A stretch of DNA of 64,000 nt, filler included, from an uncultured Myxococcia bacterium (GTDB lineage Bacteria; CAZTWC01): assembly GCA_964617105.1 (NCBI GenBank). It is 6 parts of 6 records of this genome, joined end to end, with 100 filler letters (N's around TTAATTAATTAA, not from the genome) between each part and the next. Parts side by side here need not be neighbours in the genome. Positions count along the whole stretch, not along the records: positions 57,778 to 64,000 come from CAZTWC010000231.1; 5 more parts are not named here. The stretch is one strand, 5' to 3'. The notes beneath the pieces are model-generated. The model made no database searches and was not told the origin of the DNA. It saw only the letters and a list, made by a program, of their open reading frames with translations. How positions within the stretch are numbered: position 1 is the first letter of the stretch; every line of letters begins with the position of its first letter. This document shows, piece by piece, positions 62,899 to 64,000 of the stretch. The position numbers and the translations under genes are program-made.

Positions 62899-63654
62899 CT
62901 ACTCAAGTCCACATTGTCTTAAAAGGGCATTTACCGCATCGGTTATTGACTCAATAACTTGTCTGGCATTTATACCAATAGAGCGGAGACAGCCAGATGC
63001 CTCTAATTCTGACATAATCACTTCTGTATATATTTCAGCCTCGGCACTGTCGATATCTTTGGAATGTTTTAAAGGTTCAACTACAATTGTAATTACACCG
63101 GGATGGGAATCAGATATTTTTTGTTCCAAAGCACTGGCAATATTTGCAGCAAAGGACTTCTCCAACTCAACTAAAGACTGTTTTTTCATTTCTCTGAATC
63201 TAGAGATAATTTTTATCTTATTTACATCCACAATTTTTAAATTCACTAAAGTAAAACCACTTATCAATCCTATATGCACATCAATAATCTTCTTTGCGTT
63301 CAACGCTTTCCCGATCCGGGCAAGACAGGAAGAATCTGTACAATCCGCCAGGTTAATTTTTCCTTTCCTTTTCCCTTTTGATTTTATTTTGGCTAAATTA
63401 AGAGCGTCACGAACGGAAAGAATCTCCATGTTCTTTCCTTCCTTTTTTGCGATATTCGCTTTCAGGATTTTACTGAATTTCAATAAAAGATTATTGGGCA
63501 CGCCAAATGATGAGACTTTGAGTGCAATTCTCTGCTTGTTTTTCTTGGCAAAGGCCAATCCGGAGACAGAAACCACCAAAATTATAAATATAAAAATAAT
63601 GGCAAAGCGAGAACACCACGTCATAAAAAGATTGTTAAAATATCGCGTGGACAT
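62899..63654 (-). CDS. Secreted hypothetical protein
   Basis: Signal peptide; CTDSSCLARIGKALNAKKII motif typical of CsgG-like alpha/beta domains. Confidence 0.55.
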   Translation of the reverse strand: MSTRYFNNLFMTWCSRFAIIFIFIILVVSVSGLAFAKKNKQRIALKVSSFGVPNNLLLKFSKILKANIAKKEGKNMEILSVRDALNLAKIKSKGKRKGKINLADCTDSSCLARIGKALNAKKIIDVHIGLISGFTLVNLKIVDVNKIKIISRFREMKKQSLVELEKSFAANIASALEQKISDSHPGVITIVVEPLKHSKDIDSAEAEIYTEVIMSELEASGCLRSIGINARQVIESITDAVNALLRQCGLE

Positions 63655-63884
63655 ATTAACCCCGCAGATTGACTTTGTTGATTACATAAAAAATATGATT
63701 ATAATTAATAGTAAATTCAAAGTCAAACTAAGAGGAACAAATATTCAAGTTGATTTAGGTTTTTTATAAACAGTGGAGTATTGATTGAGTTTAAATTGTT
63801 ATTAGAAGATATAAAAAGTTGCTGCGCTCACCGCTATCCCTGTGGCAAATCTCGAAATGCCAACCCAAAATTGACCACCTGTGC

Positions 63885-64000
63885 GTCTGGTAAGCAAGGG
63901 CTGTTACCAGCCCAAGCTCCCATAAGAACTAAGCATGATAGTTTCCCATCACTTAGCTCAAGCCTTTCTTCAGCCCATGTTAAGACCCGGTAATCATTAA
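63885..64000 (-). mobile_element. Group II intron 3' end (domains V and VI), 5' part outside the window
   Basis: Minus strand 63959-63926 is GAGCUAAGUGAUGG-GAAA-CUAUC-AU-GCUUAGUUC (34-nt DV, AGC triad, GNRA loop, AY bulge), followed by a DVI hairpin GGGCUG-GUAA-CAGCCC ending ...UUACCAGAC. Confidence 0.9.

Noticed and set aside
63820-63884. Possible integron attC site flanking the intron
   Set aside because: I could not find complementary RYYYAAC/GTTRRRY boxes, an integrase or a cassette array.
63881-63900. GTGCG on the plus strand resembling a group II intron 5' end
   Set aside because: The following sequence is the reverse complement of DVI/DV, so the intron is on the minus strand and this match is coincidental.

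Overview
This window is not one contiguous locus. It holds parts of six contigs of about 11-12 kb, joined by 100-nt N spacers that carry a TTAATTAATTAA all-frame-stop linker, so gene adjacency means something only within a contig. The content suggests a draft or metagenome-assembled deltaproteobacterium/myxobacterium-like genome (inference). It includes housekeeping genes (queA, nadE, mutS, tatC, thiD-like, parA-like, kamA, glgC plus a glgD-like paralogue), many c-di-GMP, cAMP and partner-switching signalling genes, an MCE/Mla transporter operon, and orphan microcompartment genes. Several features are missed or split by the ORF track: (1) a tRNA-Sec (UCA) gene; (2) an exported UshA-like selenoprotein with an in-frame C-G-UGA codon and a SECIS-like hairpin, split into two ORFs; (3) the 3' end (domains V-VI) of a group II intron at the right edge; (4) a transposase-less Tn3-family remnant (res-like site, MNT-HEPN toxin-antitoxin pair, resolvase, one 38-bp IR) abutting a headless host-gene fragment; (5) a family of related intergenic hairpin repeats. 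Unusual protein architectures include a tandem double-MCP protein with a CheZ-like motif, a CHASE2-adenylate cyclase-PilZ-degenerate GGDEF fusion, and a pair of transglutaminase-like paralogues of which one looks active and one inactive. All product calls come from motif recognition by eye; no database searches were run.
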